A DNA stretch of 54,740 nucleotides, the filler included, from Basidioascus undulatus (lineage: Eukaryota), in assembly GCA_000826855.1 (NCBI GenBank). It is 5 parts of 5 records of this genome, joined end to end, with 100 filler letters (N's around TTAATTAATTAA, not from the genome) between each part and the next. Parts side by side here need not be neighbours in the genome. Positions count along the whole stretch, not along the records: positions 1 to 10,880 come from JTLS01001072.1; positions 10,981 to 21,852 come from JTLS01001073.1; 3 more parts are not named here. One strand, written 5' to 3'. This document shows positions 1 through 11,600 of this stretch, one piece after another. The notes below the pieces were generated by a model. It was not told the origin of the DNA and made no database searches. It worked only from the letters and a program-made list of their open reading frames with translations. A program made the translations under genes and the position numbers. Each line of letters opens with the position of its first letter. Position 1 is the first letter of the stretch.

Positions 1-52
1 GGAGGGGAGGAGGGGAGGAGGAGGAGAGGAAGAGGTGGGGAGGAGGACGCAC

Positions 53-918
53 CCCATCAACCGTGTCCCGCTTGTCCGTCTCGAGGTGCTGCGCTTTGTC
101 CGCGCGCGCGGCGTCCTCCGGGAGCGTTATCGTCTCCTCCGCGAGCAGCGTCGCGACCGTCCGGTCTGCGAGCGTCTTGGGGTCCTTTTTGACGAAGCGC
201 TCGGCTTTGACCTGCTCAGGGTGAAAATGGGTCGAGGACAGGAAGCAAAGGGAGGGAGAAGGTAAAGAGTGGGGAGAGATGGAATGGGGAAGGGTGAAGA
301 AGGATAAGGGGAAGGGAAGGGGAAGGTGGGAAGTGGGAAAGGAAGGGGAAGGGGAATAGATGGGAAAGGAAGGGGAAGAGAAATAGAAGGGGAAGGGAAT
401 GGGAAGGGGGAAGGAGGGGAGAGGGATTGTAGGGCCGTCATTTCAGGGCATCAGCCACCGACCGAGTGGGGGGGCAGGCGCACGACCTGTTCCGATTGAG
501 CTGTAGTCGAACGTCCCAAATCTCAGCACACCCAGAATGATAGAAGGTGGAGAATGCAAGACGACGAGACGTACTGCGCTTCTCTTCGTTCCATACCTCA
601 GGCAGATCACTGTCCCCGCCCCACGCACATCACACGCGTAAGCCCACTCGCGTTCATCTGTACGCGCTCCAGGTCCGGGCACGCCCAAGCGTAAGTGGAG
701 GACCAAATAATTTGAAGGCTAATAATCCCTGGCCCGGTGGAGCGCGCATAGGGGAGGGGAGAGGGGGAGGGAAAGTGGGCGAACATGTCGTCAGGATCGG
801 GGTTCTTTGGGTCGAGCGGCTTGTCCACGTTCGCCCGCCCGCCCGCGACCCCGCGGCGGGCGGTCGCGAGCATTGTCGGGGGGACTTGGACCCGTACGCG
901 GCGGATGGTAGAAAGCAT
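53..918 (-). CDS. Small mitochondrially targeted protein with WNxxxx[ST]xSExxVKAER motif; 3' end truncated by contig start
   Basis: Manual splicing of exons 918-785, 609-575, 500-484 and 211-53 (all GT-AG, phases consistent) gives MLSTIRRVRVQVPPTMLATARRG...DIDLPEVWNEEKRTQSEQVVKAERFVKKDPKTLADRTVATLL...DTVDG. The Arg-rich, acid-free N-terminus resembles a mitochondrial presequence. Confidence 0.7.
241..425 (+). repeat. Polypurine (GGGAA/GGAAG-type) low-complexity tract inside a 272-nt intron
   Basis: Almost pure G/A run seen directly; it lies in intron 212-483 of the minus-strand gene. Confidence 0.9.
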
Positions 919-1368
919 TGTTGTGGTGGTGGGAACGATGATGATGATGGGGGTCGAGGATGCAGGTGTGAGTGGGGTGGGCGAGGCGTGAGAGCGTTTA
1001 TCTATGACCGATAGCGTGCTGCGTCTGCTGCGAGGCGTCGAGCGGGTGCGTCCGGCTGGGAAACGCTATTGGGTTGCCGGTATGCTATTACTGTATTATT
1101 GTATCGTATTCCTGACTCAAATGGCGGCCCCAAAAGCCAGAGCGGGCGGTTCTCATCGGAGACGGTGGGATTGGTGGGACGATAGGGAAGACGCAACTAC
1201 GTCATCGTCATGCTTTCAATTGGAAGTGCGGATCCCTCAGCCTCAACTGCCGTCCGACCTCCATCTTGTCTTCCTTCCACTCTCATCTTCGCACACACAA
1301 ACACACTCAAACCTAGCAAGCACTCCATACCCGCCTTACCCACCCACCAAGACACTAGACCGCCCACG

Positions 1369-2132
1369 ATGCTGTCCTCCCGCTTCTCGACCCGCCTCGC
1401 CCTCGCCCAGCGCTCCACCGCGCCCCTCGCTCGCTCCTTCGCCGGATCTGCCCGCGTACTGGTCCGCCCTGAAGACCCCGAGGTGCGTCTTGACGGCTTT
1501 CATGCTTTCATCGTGAGAGCCAGGGCAAGGAAGAGCAGGAGCACGGCGCCCGTCAAGCTGACGCTTCGCGTCCTCGAGCAGAGGCTGGATCAGGAGCAGC
1601 AGCGCAACTTGAAGCAGGGCAATAAGGACTCTACCGGCCAGGATGGTGCATCCCTTGCTTGCACCAGCTCCCTTCCCTCCCCCCTCGCTCCCGTCATGCT
1701 GACCTCGACCTCCAACCCCGCAGTCTCTCCCCAGTTTGTCTGCATCCTCTTCCCGCGCTCCATGCCTCTCCCACCTAGAGAGCTACTAACAGCCGCACCC
1801 CCATGTGCCAACACCAACAGTGAACACGCGCCCGGTAAGTTCCCCCCTCCTACACCTCCTGCCTTCCTTCGACCGGTTGGACTGACGTGTGAGTGCGGAA
1901 CGGAGCAGGCTGGAACCCTATGCTCGCGTCCGACTCCGAAGCGAACGTCAAGGCCGAGCGCGACCCGCACGCTACCCCGGAGAACCTCAAGGTCCGTCTT
2001 CCCTCCGTCTTTCCTTCTCCCCTTCTCCCACCTACCTACTCCTCCCTCCCTCTCTGGTGGACCTGACACCCCGCCTGTACCCAGAACCTGCGCCACAAGA
2101 CTGCAGAGCAGGTCAGCAAGAAGTCGGACTAG
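1369..2132 (+). CDS. 110-aa uncharacterised fungal mitochondrial protein (HAPGWN..LASDSEANVKAER type)
   Basis: Exons 1369-1482, 1582-1645, 1724-1733, 1821-1834, 1909-1991 and 2085-2132 total 333 nt and splice in frame: MLSSRFSTRLALAQRSTAPLARSFAGSARVL...VSPHEHAPGWNPMLASDSEANVKAERDPHATPENLKNLRHKTAEQVSKKSD*. Branch points and a presequence-like N-terminus are visible. Confidence 0.85.
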
Positions 2133-3198
2133 GTGTATAGGATTGGTGGATGGCCTTTGAACCAGATTTGAATTGAATCAATGGACACTTTTGCAAGAGA
2201 AGTCAGCGGGAATATACTCTGGTTGTAGCACGTTTTCAGATCTTACAGGTCCATGGGTGCCAAGCACAAAATCAAAGATCCAGCGTCTGGCGGCAAACAT
2301 GCACAACTTCTATGTACAGGGATTTTCGGGCCATTCTGGCTGCCTTACAGCAGCTCTCAGGTGCAGAACGAAATCAAGCTGCAGCTTTGGTTTGACTGGG
2401 AGCTCAAGGGTGGCGGACAGGAGTTTACAGATGATCCTCTGTCTTGTTTTTCCTCAAGTCAGAGCTTCTTGTATTTTCATGTGTAACTGTCAATGAAGTA
2501 TGCTAAGGGTCCCATAGTGTTAATCAGTGAAATGAGCAACACACCCTTTTCTTTTACCCATAATAGTGTAGATCGCAAAGGATTACTTACCTTGCTATCC
2601 TGCTTCAGCATCGCTGTAGAGCGTGTCTTGTCTTTGTCCGCTCTCCTCTGCAGTGACCTATCTCCTTCCTTTGAGAATCTCAGGCAGCACGAAGGTGGAC
2701 CAGAGGATCAGGGAGGGGTTGTGGGTGTGGTTCTCGGGGGGGGGCGTGCAGAAGCGGGACGCAGGTCTTGCCTAGAATGTGCTCGCGTTCTTCAATCACT
2801 GTATAAGCTGTTCAAACCAGTTTACACATTTGTAAACTATATATGTTTGTGTCTAAGGCAAATTGCATATACAAGTAAAACAGTGCGACCTCTTGGAGAG
2901 CGGACATGCAATCAGAAAGCGATGGCGGACCGACATCGCTACTTGTTCTGTGACTGAATTATAGAGTTGAAACACATGTTTGCTCAAGATTTGCATGAAC
3001 TGGGCATTCGTCGGTCGAGTCGTCGTGAGCTGCTCAGGCCTTGTTAGACGTCTGCCACGTTGCACCGCGTCTTCCGAAACACCACGCCCTTCAAACTTCG
3101 TCTTGACTTCCTCCCACGTACCTTGACGAACCGCCTCTCCTTTTTCCTACCTCCCGCATTCGTCTTCTCTCCTTTCTCTTTAGACCTCTGCCGTTATC

Positions 3199-4814
3199 AT
3201 GACTTCTCGCCGCTCTCAACACAACACTGCACTCGTCCTCGACCTGTGCACGCCCTTTCTTGCTCGCGATGAGCTCAAGTGGCTTTCGTTCGTCTCGCGC
3301 TCGTTCTCCACCTCTGCGCGTCCGCGCGTTCTGCGCTCCATCGATACTATGAATCTTCTTTATTCGTATTCACCGCAGGCGGATGACGTGCGGAGGATTT
3401 GCGAGGGGAGATGGGAAGGCGCGAAGTTCGTCAGGTGCGATGCGGTGCAAATGTCGCTTCCCCCTTGATTCCCTATGCTGACGGGCGGCTCCTTCGTTCA
3501 AGACGACTTGCTCTGAATGCTCAATTTCGGAGACCTTCTTAGCTTCCTGACGAATACCCCACTTTCGCCCACTGCGCCGCCGCCATCGTGCGAGCTCTTC
3601 CGAACCTTCAAACCTCACCGTGAATGCTTCTTACTCCACCATGACGAACCTCGACCCCCTCCCGCTCGCAATCGCCGAGTCCGCTTCGCTCGTCTCTCTC
3701 TACCTGGACGGCCGCGCTTGGCTCGCGTCCGTCACCCGCGCCCCTGCTCTTCTTGAGCGCCTCGTCTTGCGGCTGGGATGGGGCGAGCATCTAGTCCCCT
3801 CATCGCCAGTGAGGCGCCCACGCTCAAAGCGCTCGAGGTATTAACTTTCTCCCTCTCGACCCTACACCCTCCCGCTCTTCTCCCGTGCCTTCGCGAGCTC
3901 CGCATTCACCTCACCTCGGGCGACCCTGCCCCATGGTGGCAGACCTTTCTCGCCGGTCACCCGTGGATCGAGGTTCTCGAGCTTTTCGGCCATGCCAACA
4001 TCCTTTCTTTCTCGAACTGCCTCTCACTTCGCCGCCTGCGCCTCGGCGCGCGCCTCACTTGCGGATCGCTGGTCCAGCGCCTCGACACGCTGCCCAACCC
4101 TCACCTGCTCCGAGCGCTCGGCGTGGATATCCTCAGCCAGTCGGACGAGTGCGATATGAGCAGGTTCGGGGAGAAATTGAGCGCCCTCGTGGAGCTTGAT
4201 GTGGACGGACGCTTTTATTTGGATTGGGACGAGGACGACTCGGTAGGTCACACCTTTTTTTTTTTTTTTCAGACCTTCGAATCCATATAACATACATCTT
4301 GCTGACTGCTCTCGTCCCCCGATTGCCTTTCTAGAACTCCATCGCTTCCTTGATTTCCGTCCTCCCCTCGCTCCACAGCGTCCACGTCTCGGGCCGCCTC
4401 CCCACGTGCACTGCTCCCTCGTGGCCCCGCACCTGCACAGCTGGGGGCACTTCTTGCAGTGGGGCGAGCTGACTGAGTTCAGGGATGACGATCGGCGGGA
4501 GAAAATGATCAAGGAAAGGATCAATGAGGACAATAACAATAACGTGGAGGCGATCAAGTGGATCAACGCCGCCCTCTCTCCGCTTCGCGTCCGAGATCCT
4601 TGGGTGGAAGCTGAGGAAGTTGGAGAGGGTTTGCTGGGAGGGCTTCTTCGTTGAGCTGGACTATAGGACTTCTCCGGTCTGCGGCGCCCGGGTCAAGAGG
4701 GAGGGAGGGAAGGTCACGCTGAGGGGTGGGTTCTACTGGTGGGACAGCGAGGTTCGCTGGCGAGATGACTGTTGGTTGGAAGACGGGGAGGAGGGGACGA
4801 AGCTGGAGCCGTAA
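3199..4814 (+). pseudogene. Disabled F-box-like/LRR-type gene
   Basis: F-box-like N-terminus (VLDLCTPFLARDELKWLSFVSRSFSTSARPRVLRSI) and LxxLxL repeats (LPCLRELRIHL, LSLRRLRLG, LSALVELDV). After intron 3435-3502 there is an in-frame TAG at 3540-3542, and frame changes are needed near 3613 (ALPNLQT/LTVNA) and near 3798 (GEHLVP/LIASEAPTL). Confidence 0.65.
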
Positions 4815-5744
4815 TGCAAGATGAACATTCGTATCTGCTTGAAGTCCTGCCTGAGTCACTTTCAACCGTCACCTTTCGCGCGCAACTACGAGCCTCATGC
4901 TTTTGCGCTCGAACCTTTTAGTGTAACACTGGAAACATGGACCTAGCTCAGAGACAGTATCCCCGCGATAACGCGAAAGCAGATGGACACTATCTTCCCA
5001 CTGACGCGGGGGCGGTCGACCACCGACTGGCTTCGTGGCTTTGCGACGTTTGGTTCAGCCTGTTCGTCCTGGAGACTTAATAACTCTGGTAACTGAATGC
5101 ATTCTTGCATTGTCGAGCCCAGTCTGTGTTTGGGGAAAGCTAGGTGGGCAGCAGCAGGCTGCAGCAAACTTTCGATCGTACTTGGTCGTCCGAAGGGAAT
5201 CTCTGATTAATGCTAACACTGGTTTGTCATTCGCCAAGAATAGAAGTTGAATTCTTGTAATAGGTTTGAGGCGTGGTGCTAGAGAAGCTGTAATTCTTGA
5301 CCTTGCATTGCATTCACGCCGCAGCTTGAACGGCTTGGGTTGAAGCTACCTACGGACCTCGTCTATTCGAGCATTACACAATGCGAATGGTGAATACCTG
5401 ATTTACAATGTCAGATATATCCTATATTCAAGAGTAACTGCGGGCAGGTATCCTGATCTCTGACACCGATGCCCCGAAAGCGCTACCCGCAGCTCCGGTT
5501 CCCTGTGGCGGCACCCAGTCTGTCAACACTGCACTTACCTGACTAAACCAGGATGAGTCTCTCCACAGATTGACATAGCCATTGAATTTTGCGCCTTAAA
5601 AAACACTCCAAAGACTTTAGGAGGTGCAGGGGCTGCTCGCCGGGTCGCTGCGAACGCTTCTTGCTGAATGCAGGCTTTCGACGGCTCATACTTGCCCGAA
5701 TGTTAATTCATAATTTCCGCGTGTAGCAACACATCTTTCGAAAT

Positions 5745-8574
5745 TCAATCCCTGTCGAGGGAGCCGAGAAATTAGCCTCCCTGCTGTCGAAATCGACAAT
5801 GGTCGCCAACAGTGACGCACTCTTCGTCGAAGTGTTCACGGCAATCTGCAACGAGGGAGCGTGGACGTGGCACAGCAACGGTCAGCTACTAGGACAGGGA
5901 TCCCAACGGGGACATCGCACGTACAGGGGCTGGCATAGCGAACTCGTCGGCCGTGGAAGTACAAGAAGAATGGAATCGGTATCTGGGTTCGTTGCAAAGC
6001 GTGTCAACCCTCTACGCCGCCCCTCAAGGTGCAGTCCAAGCACTTACCATAAGTAGGCTCAGGAAGGCAAGCAAGCTTGTCGCCCATTGGTTTCCGAGTC
6101 TTTCGTACATCTTCCGGGCAACTGCAGGATGAAACTAACTGCGTGAGTGAAGTGCAACACCGTGGGTTGCACAGGGCTGCTCACAAAGCGGAAAGCCGGC
6201 GCCTCACAGGGAGAAGAAACATGGTCATAAGCGAGGATTCTTCCAATTGCAACGGGTCTGGCTCACCGAATAGGTTGCGAACGAGCACGACACCCGCGCT
6301 GTAGCGCGTTGAGGTCAGCAATCTCGTGCTCTCCAAGTCAACTCCGCCACGACGTACAGAGCAGATGCGCTATAATGACCGTAACCGTCCACGACGTAGT
6401 TTAAAATAGAGTATATAATTTGACTGCGGTACGGAACGACAGAGTCAGCGACAAGTCCTCCATGCCTAAGCATGCAGTCGAGGCGCTCACTAGAAGCCCA
6501 AGCCGAAAATCGCTGCACCAATGAGCGGAGCAATGAACGGCAAGTTCTGGTAGCTTGTCCAGGCAGCGAGGAACTGGATCCGGGAGATGGATTAGCTTAT
6601 CACTTCCAAGTGTCTATAATTGAAAGTTCATGCGGGCTTACCAAGCCGATGGGCAACAAGAACGTCCCGATGAGCGAACAAGCCATGCGAGCCTCCGGAA
6701 CACTCTTGCCCTGATTCTCAGCGAGTTTGCGCTGGTAGACTAGCTCTTGAAGAGGCGTGAAGAGCCAGCCTCTTCGGGGATACGTAGTAAATGTCAGCTG
6801 TGCGGGGCTGAGAGTCCTAAGAAAGAGACGAACATGATGGAGCCGGTCACGAGCGACAGAAAGGTGAGATTGACGATGCCCGAGTCTGATCATGGCAGTG
6901 GGTGAGCATGCGGAGAGACCGGGACACGGGCGGGAGTGAAGGCTCACGTGTCAAGCCATGTCCGCCATTTGCGGGGCCAAAGATGAGAGGGAACTGTAAC
7001 CTATGGGTCAGCGACAAGATCGTGGGTGACAGGAAGCTCAGCAACATACCGCCTCGTTGAAGAGGAAAATCAAGCCGAACGTGAATCCGTTACTGAGTTC
7101 CCCTCAACCTTCAGTTTCACAGAGACTGTCCAAGGAAGATGTACGTACTACAGCGCGGAAAACATAGTGATCGGCTCGGTTAACAGGAATTTGAACGGTC
7201 GGACGAGCGAAACCTTCCAGAGATGACCAGGCTGCGTCCGTTCGGTCTCGTGCGGCGCCACTATCTTCTCGTTTCCGGTCTCCTTGCGTAGCGTTTTGGC
7301 CTTCTTGATGAGGAGGATGGTGGATCGTGTCTCGGGGAAGAAGAACAACTGACGGCCAGATAGGCGTCAGCGACACATGAGAAAAAGGTACACATCGAGA
7401 CTCCGAGGAGGCACAATAAGAAGCCAGTGAGCACCGAAAACGATCAGGTAGACCCCTGCGCAATTTTCGGTCAATCAATGGACAAGTTTGGTATACGGAT
7501 GACTAACTTACAGAAGAGCCAGCGCCACCCTTTCTGTTGTGCAATATAGCCACTGACTGCGTTCCCGAATGGTGGACCACTGCAACAAGATCCTTCAGTT
7601 TATGCGTAACCCGACTTCCCAAAAGAATACGGACATGGTGCTAGAGAGTGCGTCTGCGCTCCCATCGTCGTTAGCAAGCTCAGTTGAGTGGCGAAACGGC
7701 TGCCCTGCTCACAGATTGACGTCGCATAGCCCGACTCGTCGCGCTTAAAGACATCATGTACCACGCCGCCAGCTGGGGAAATGGCCTTGCATCAGTGCTG
7801 GCGGAAGGTGAAGCTGCCAAAGTTGCTCACTGTTCGCAAGCGGCGGAGAGCCAGCGAAGCCCTGTATGAACCGACATACGAGGACCGTTCCTGAAACGCA
7901 CGTAAGAAGTCAGATTCCAATATGACCTTTGAGGCGGAGGATTGAATGCCGTACCAATGTTCGGTGCCAGGGAGAGTGGTATTTGGAAGACAACGAAGAC
8001 GAACCACGATGCCAAGTACTGCAAACATGCTCTAACACCATGAGTTCCATGAAGCCCTGGGATGACAAAGAACTATACATACAACAGGTTTACGGCCATA
8101 AAACTCGCTGAGTGGTGCCAATAGCAGAGGGCCCACTGCGAAGCCGAGCTGCGAAGCGCGTTCAAAATTTTCAGCCTCCTCGACATAAGGGATAATGGCA
8201 AAGCCACTCACGATATAAAGCGACAGTCCTACCGTTCCCACCTCCGCTGACACCCCAAAACTACTCTCCACCCCCTCCTGGCCCGTCGAGTAGCCCGAGA
8301 CGCAGACACAGACGAGGACGTTCAGCCACGAGGCAAAGGTAACGACGCCGTAGCGCTTCCACGTTGGCCAGTGATGCGGATCATCCCGGTCTTCGGGAGA
8401 GAAATGGACGACAGGCTCGCCGTTTTGCGCCGCCAATGTATGTGCGTCGTGGGAGTTGGAGGAGGAAGCAGAGTTTGTCTGGTCGTGCTCGGTCGAGCGG
8501 TCATCGATATGCGCGTGGGCGGCCTTCTCGAGGTCGGGTGGGGAGGGCGTCGACTGAGGAGCGGGGCGTGACAT
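5745..8574 (-). CDS. MFS drug:H+ antiporter (DHA1, TPO1/FLU1-like), many exons
   Basis: Motifs DDPHHWPTWKR, LGFAVGPLLLAPLSEFYGRKP, FQIPLSLAPNIG, PETRSTILLIKKAKTLRKETG, LVRPFKFLLTEP, PEARM, YVVDGYGHYSASA, MYERLGNQWATSLLAFL, PIPFFLYFHGRRVR. Stop inferred at 5745-5747; an alternative ATG lies at 8595. Confidence 0.93.
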
Positions 8575-10880
8575 GTCGTTGGACGAGAAATTCATATGGG
8601 CAGCGGAGGGTCGAGAGAAGTGAGTCTGCACATGTATGTGGACTGTGGTAGTCGGTGGAAGAGTTGCGGGACGAGCCCATGTGGCCGTTGGGGCCTCACC
8701 AGGGAATGCTGTAGATCAAGGTGTCGAGGTGTAGAGGGCCAAATGACATCAGATTTCTCCTCACCGGAACTCCGTCCTTGTCTGCTTTCATTTGCGGCAG
8801 GCGATGTGCCGTCGACGTCGAGATGAGAGCGCGGAGGCGGAGCGTGTCGACTGTCGGCTGGGAGCGGAGGCTGCTCGGCACCGGGCAGACTGCCAAAATT
8901 GGCACAAGGTGCAGGGAGAACCAGATGCATCCTTGACCTCTGTCCGTGGTGTAATATTCAAAGAGGCTGGGGCGGAAAGGCAACGGAAGGTCGTTACGGA
9001 CTCAAGGGCCGAAGCGGGACTGTGAATCTTTGGTGAAACGGGACCTGAGCTGGTCCTGAGAGTGGACGTGTCATGGCGGACTGAGTGAGCATTGCCGGTA
9101 CAATGCCTCGGGTATGCACAGCACGACGTTGTTGATGTCTTCTGTTTCCTCGGCCTTCCGCTTGTGACATAAAGCCTGCTCCCATGAGCTTTGAGCGGAA
9201 CTGCTGTCACACTAGGCAGCTTATGAAAGCGATTGCCGCAAGCCATATGTTCAGATGGACAGTGTAGTGGACCAGACAATTGATTAGTATCACTTTCTCT
9301 TTTTCTACAGGAGATACACAAGTGCGCAGGCGAAAAGGGAGAGCTAGGAGGCAGCTTTGGACGAGACAAGCGCACAAGCCTGGGCTCGCGTTCGAGTCAT
9401 ACAGCCCCTTCATAGGCTATAGTTGGCAGATCCAAGAGACTTATTTCTAAGAGGATCCATTCCTGCTTTTATAAATTATAACCCAAACGGCGGTGCCTAG
9501 ACGTTATCACACCCTGAACACATGCTGCAGTAGCCTAAGCCAGAAGATGCGAAGCCCGTCCCCGTGAAGCAATATAAGGGTCACCTCACTGAAGAAAAAA
9601 AAATTAAGTGATTTATGAATACTTCTGCAATATCCTTGAATACCTTCGGTTCACCTGTTGAAAGAGTAGATACACGGGGTCGTCAAGGGGGGTGACAAGG
9701 CACCGTCCGGGGATGTCCTGGTCAAGCACCTCGGTAAGCAGTTATGGACGGACATAGGGGAGAATTTTTCTTAAGTTTAGGGAGACCACATATTGGTGTT
9801 TGCCTATATAGTCTTTATCGAGGTTGAACAGCGCTGGTCATCTTCTAACAGGCTGAGCTCGCTGGACATCACCGGTCAAGCGTGCACAGATGTCTACAAA
9901 TTCTGGGGATGTAGTTTGGTAGGAAATATATGGAAAAAATCCTCAAAATTTGAAGACTGTTGATAAGCAGTCAATAGACTGTCAAAGAGGCAACGGTGCG
10001 AACTTCGCCAAGAGGCGGCTGATGAGGAGGTTGGGGCCCTGAGGCATGACTCTGCCACATTTGCAGAGGTGGGTACTGACAGGTATTGAGTCTGATTCCA
10101 AAGGAAAACTCAAGGCATAATTCCCGAGCCCGGTATAGAGAGCCAAAGAGTTTCATGAAAGACGCTGCGGGAACGCTCATATCCTGCTTATCGAGGTGAT
10201 CCACTCGTTCCAGTGGGTGCCCAGTTTGGTTTTCCCATAATGTTCAGTATATAAAAAATGGGACAGAAGAGTGACACGAGCCATCCCATGGGCTTGTGCA
10301 AGACGTTATGTTCACCTGCAGATCACAGAACAGGGACGAACTTTCAAGGGCTTGTGTGTAGAGCTGTCCCTGCCCCTTGCAGTGGGCTGTTCAAGTATCC
10401 GGACTTATTCCTTCCTATAACATGGAAAGGGTAAGATAACACCGAACGAGGACTTGTTTCCCCAAGGAGAAGCTCACCCTGTGCCCAAGCGTCGGCGGCG
10501 CAGTCTCGGGCGTCTCGGATCCGGGCGTCCTTGTCCACCACTGGCCGCTATAGTATGAAACAAGGTACATGTAGATGTCATAGGGCCAGCACCCAAGGTA
10601 GAGGTTGCCCCAAGTCGTCTGAAGACCTATATGGACGGGTCCCACCGTAAAATTTTCGGGAATTCCACGAGAAAACGGCCTGGTAGGGTGAAAGTGGCTC
10701 ACCGCACCCGCACCGTACGCTGTTAGACGCCGTGTGACAACCAGTGCTATACCCAGGGCATCTTATCGCACGCCAGTCTGAACGGACGTGCTTCGTGTGA
10801 CCCGTGCTGTAACACGTTTCGCAGAGAACCAGCTAACTCCTGGTCAGGTATGCCTTTCGCTCCCTAGTCAGCGTTCATCA

Positions 10881-10980
10881 NNNNNNNNNNNNNNNNNNNN
10901 NNNNNNNNNNNNNNNNNNNNNNNNTTAATTAATTAANNNNNNNNNNNNNNNNNNNNNNNNNNNNNNNNNNNNNNNNNNNN
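10881..10980. other. Artificial contig linker (N44-TTAATTAATTAA-N44)
   Basis: 100-bp spacer carrying stops in all six frames; identical at four places. Confidence 0.99.
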
Positions 10981-11028
10981 TCCTTCCCCGTTCTCACACC
11001 CACCTCCCCCACGCCGCCCCCCGCGCAG

Positions 11029-11354
11029 TGGGCTGCACCAAGACCTCGCTCCTGCTGGACTCGCTCGTCTCCTCCCTGAACATCACCGCCTCCCCGTCCT
11101 TCACCGTCCAGATCCTCGGCACGGTCCCGACGATCCTCGTCGACGCGACTGACTCGGGCCAGGTCTTCCTCTCCCGCGACAGCCTCGGCGCGGAAATCAT
11201 TACCGCCAAGGCGTCGGCCATCAACATCTCCCTCCCTGACCCCGAGCAGGGGGAAGAGGAGGGACTGTTCAAGGAGTTTGCGGTGCCGGAGCAGTTTAGG
11301 ACGCGCGTTGTGGAGGGACAGTTGGTGACGGAGGTGCTTCAGCACAAGGATTAG
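11029..11354 (+). CDS. SRV2: Adenylyl cyclase-associated protein CAP/Srv2, last exon only (C-terminal CARP beta-helix)
   Basis: GCTKTSLLLDSLVSS...VQILGTVPTILVD...GQVFLSRDSL..EIITAKASAINISLP...EFAVPEQF matches the CAP C-terminus; CAG acceptor at 11026-11028. Confidence 0.92.
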
Positions 11355-11600
11355 GCGGTGCCAGGGGAAGGAGGGGAAGGAGGGGGGGAGCAGGGGGAGC
11401 GAGGGAGGAGGGGGAAGGAGGGATAGGTGACTTGACGCGATGGACGAGTGATGACGCTTTTGCTTGTTTTGTTCGAATGTCATCTGGCCGCTTGCAGGGA
11501 GCCCCTGCACAACAACGTCGCGTCGCCTCTCATCTCCTACTTTCGGCTTGATTTCGCTCTCCTCCCTACCCACCACTTCTCCATCCTCCCACAAAGCAGC

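Noticed and set aside
127..441. Pro/Phe/Ser-rich 104-aa ORF
   Set aside because: Translation of an intronic polypyrimidine tract.
9400..10880. Possible decayed gene or transposon upstream of the MFS gene
   Set aside because: Short protein-like stretches with stops but no recognisable domain, terminal repeat or target-site duplication.
10925..10936. TTAATTAATTAA palindrome repeated four times at ~11-kb spacing
   Set aside because: Synthetic linker embedded in Ns; not a biological repeat, CRISPR or piggyBac site.
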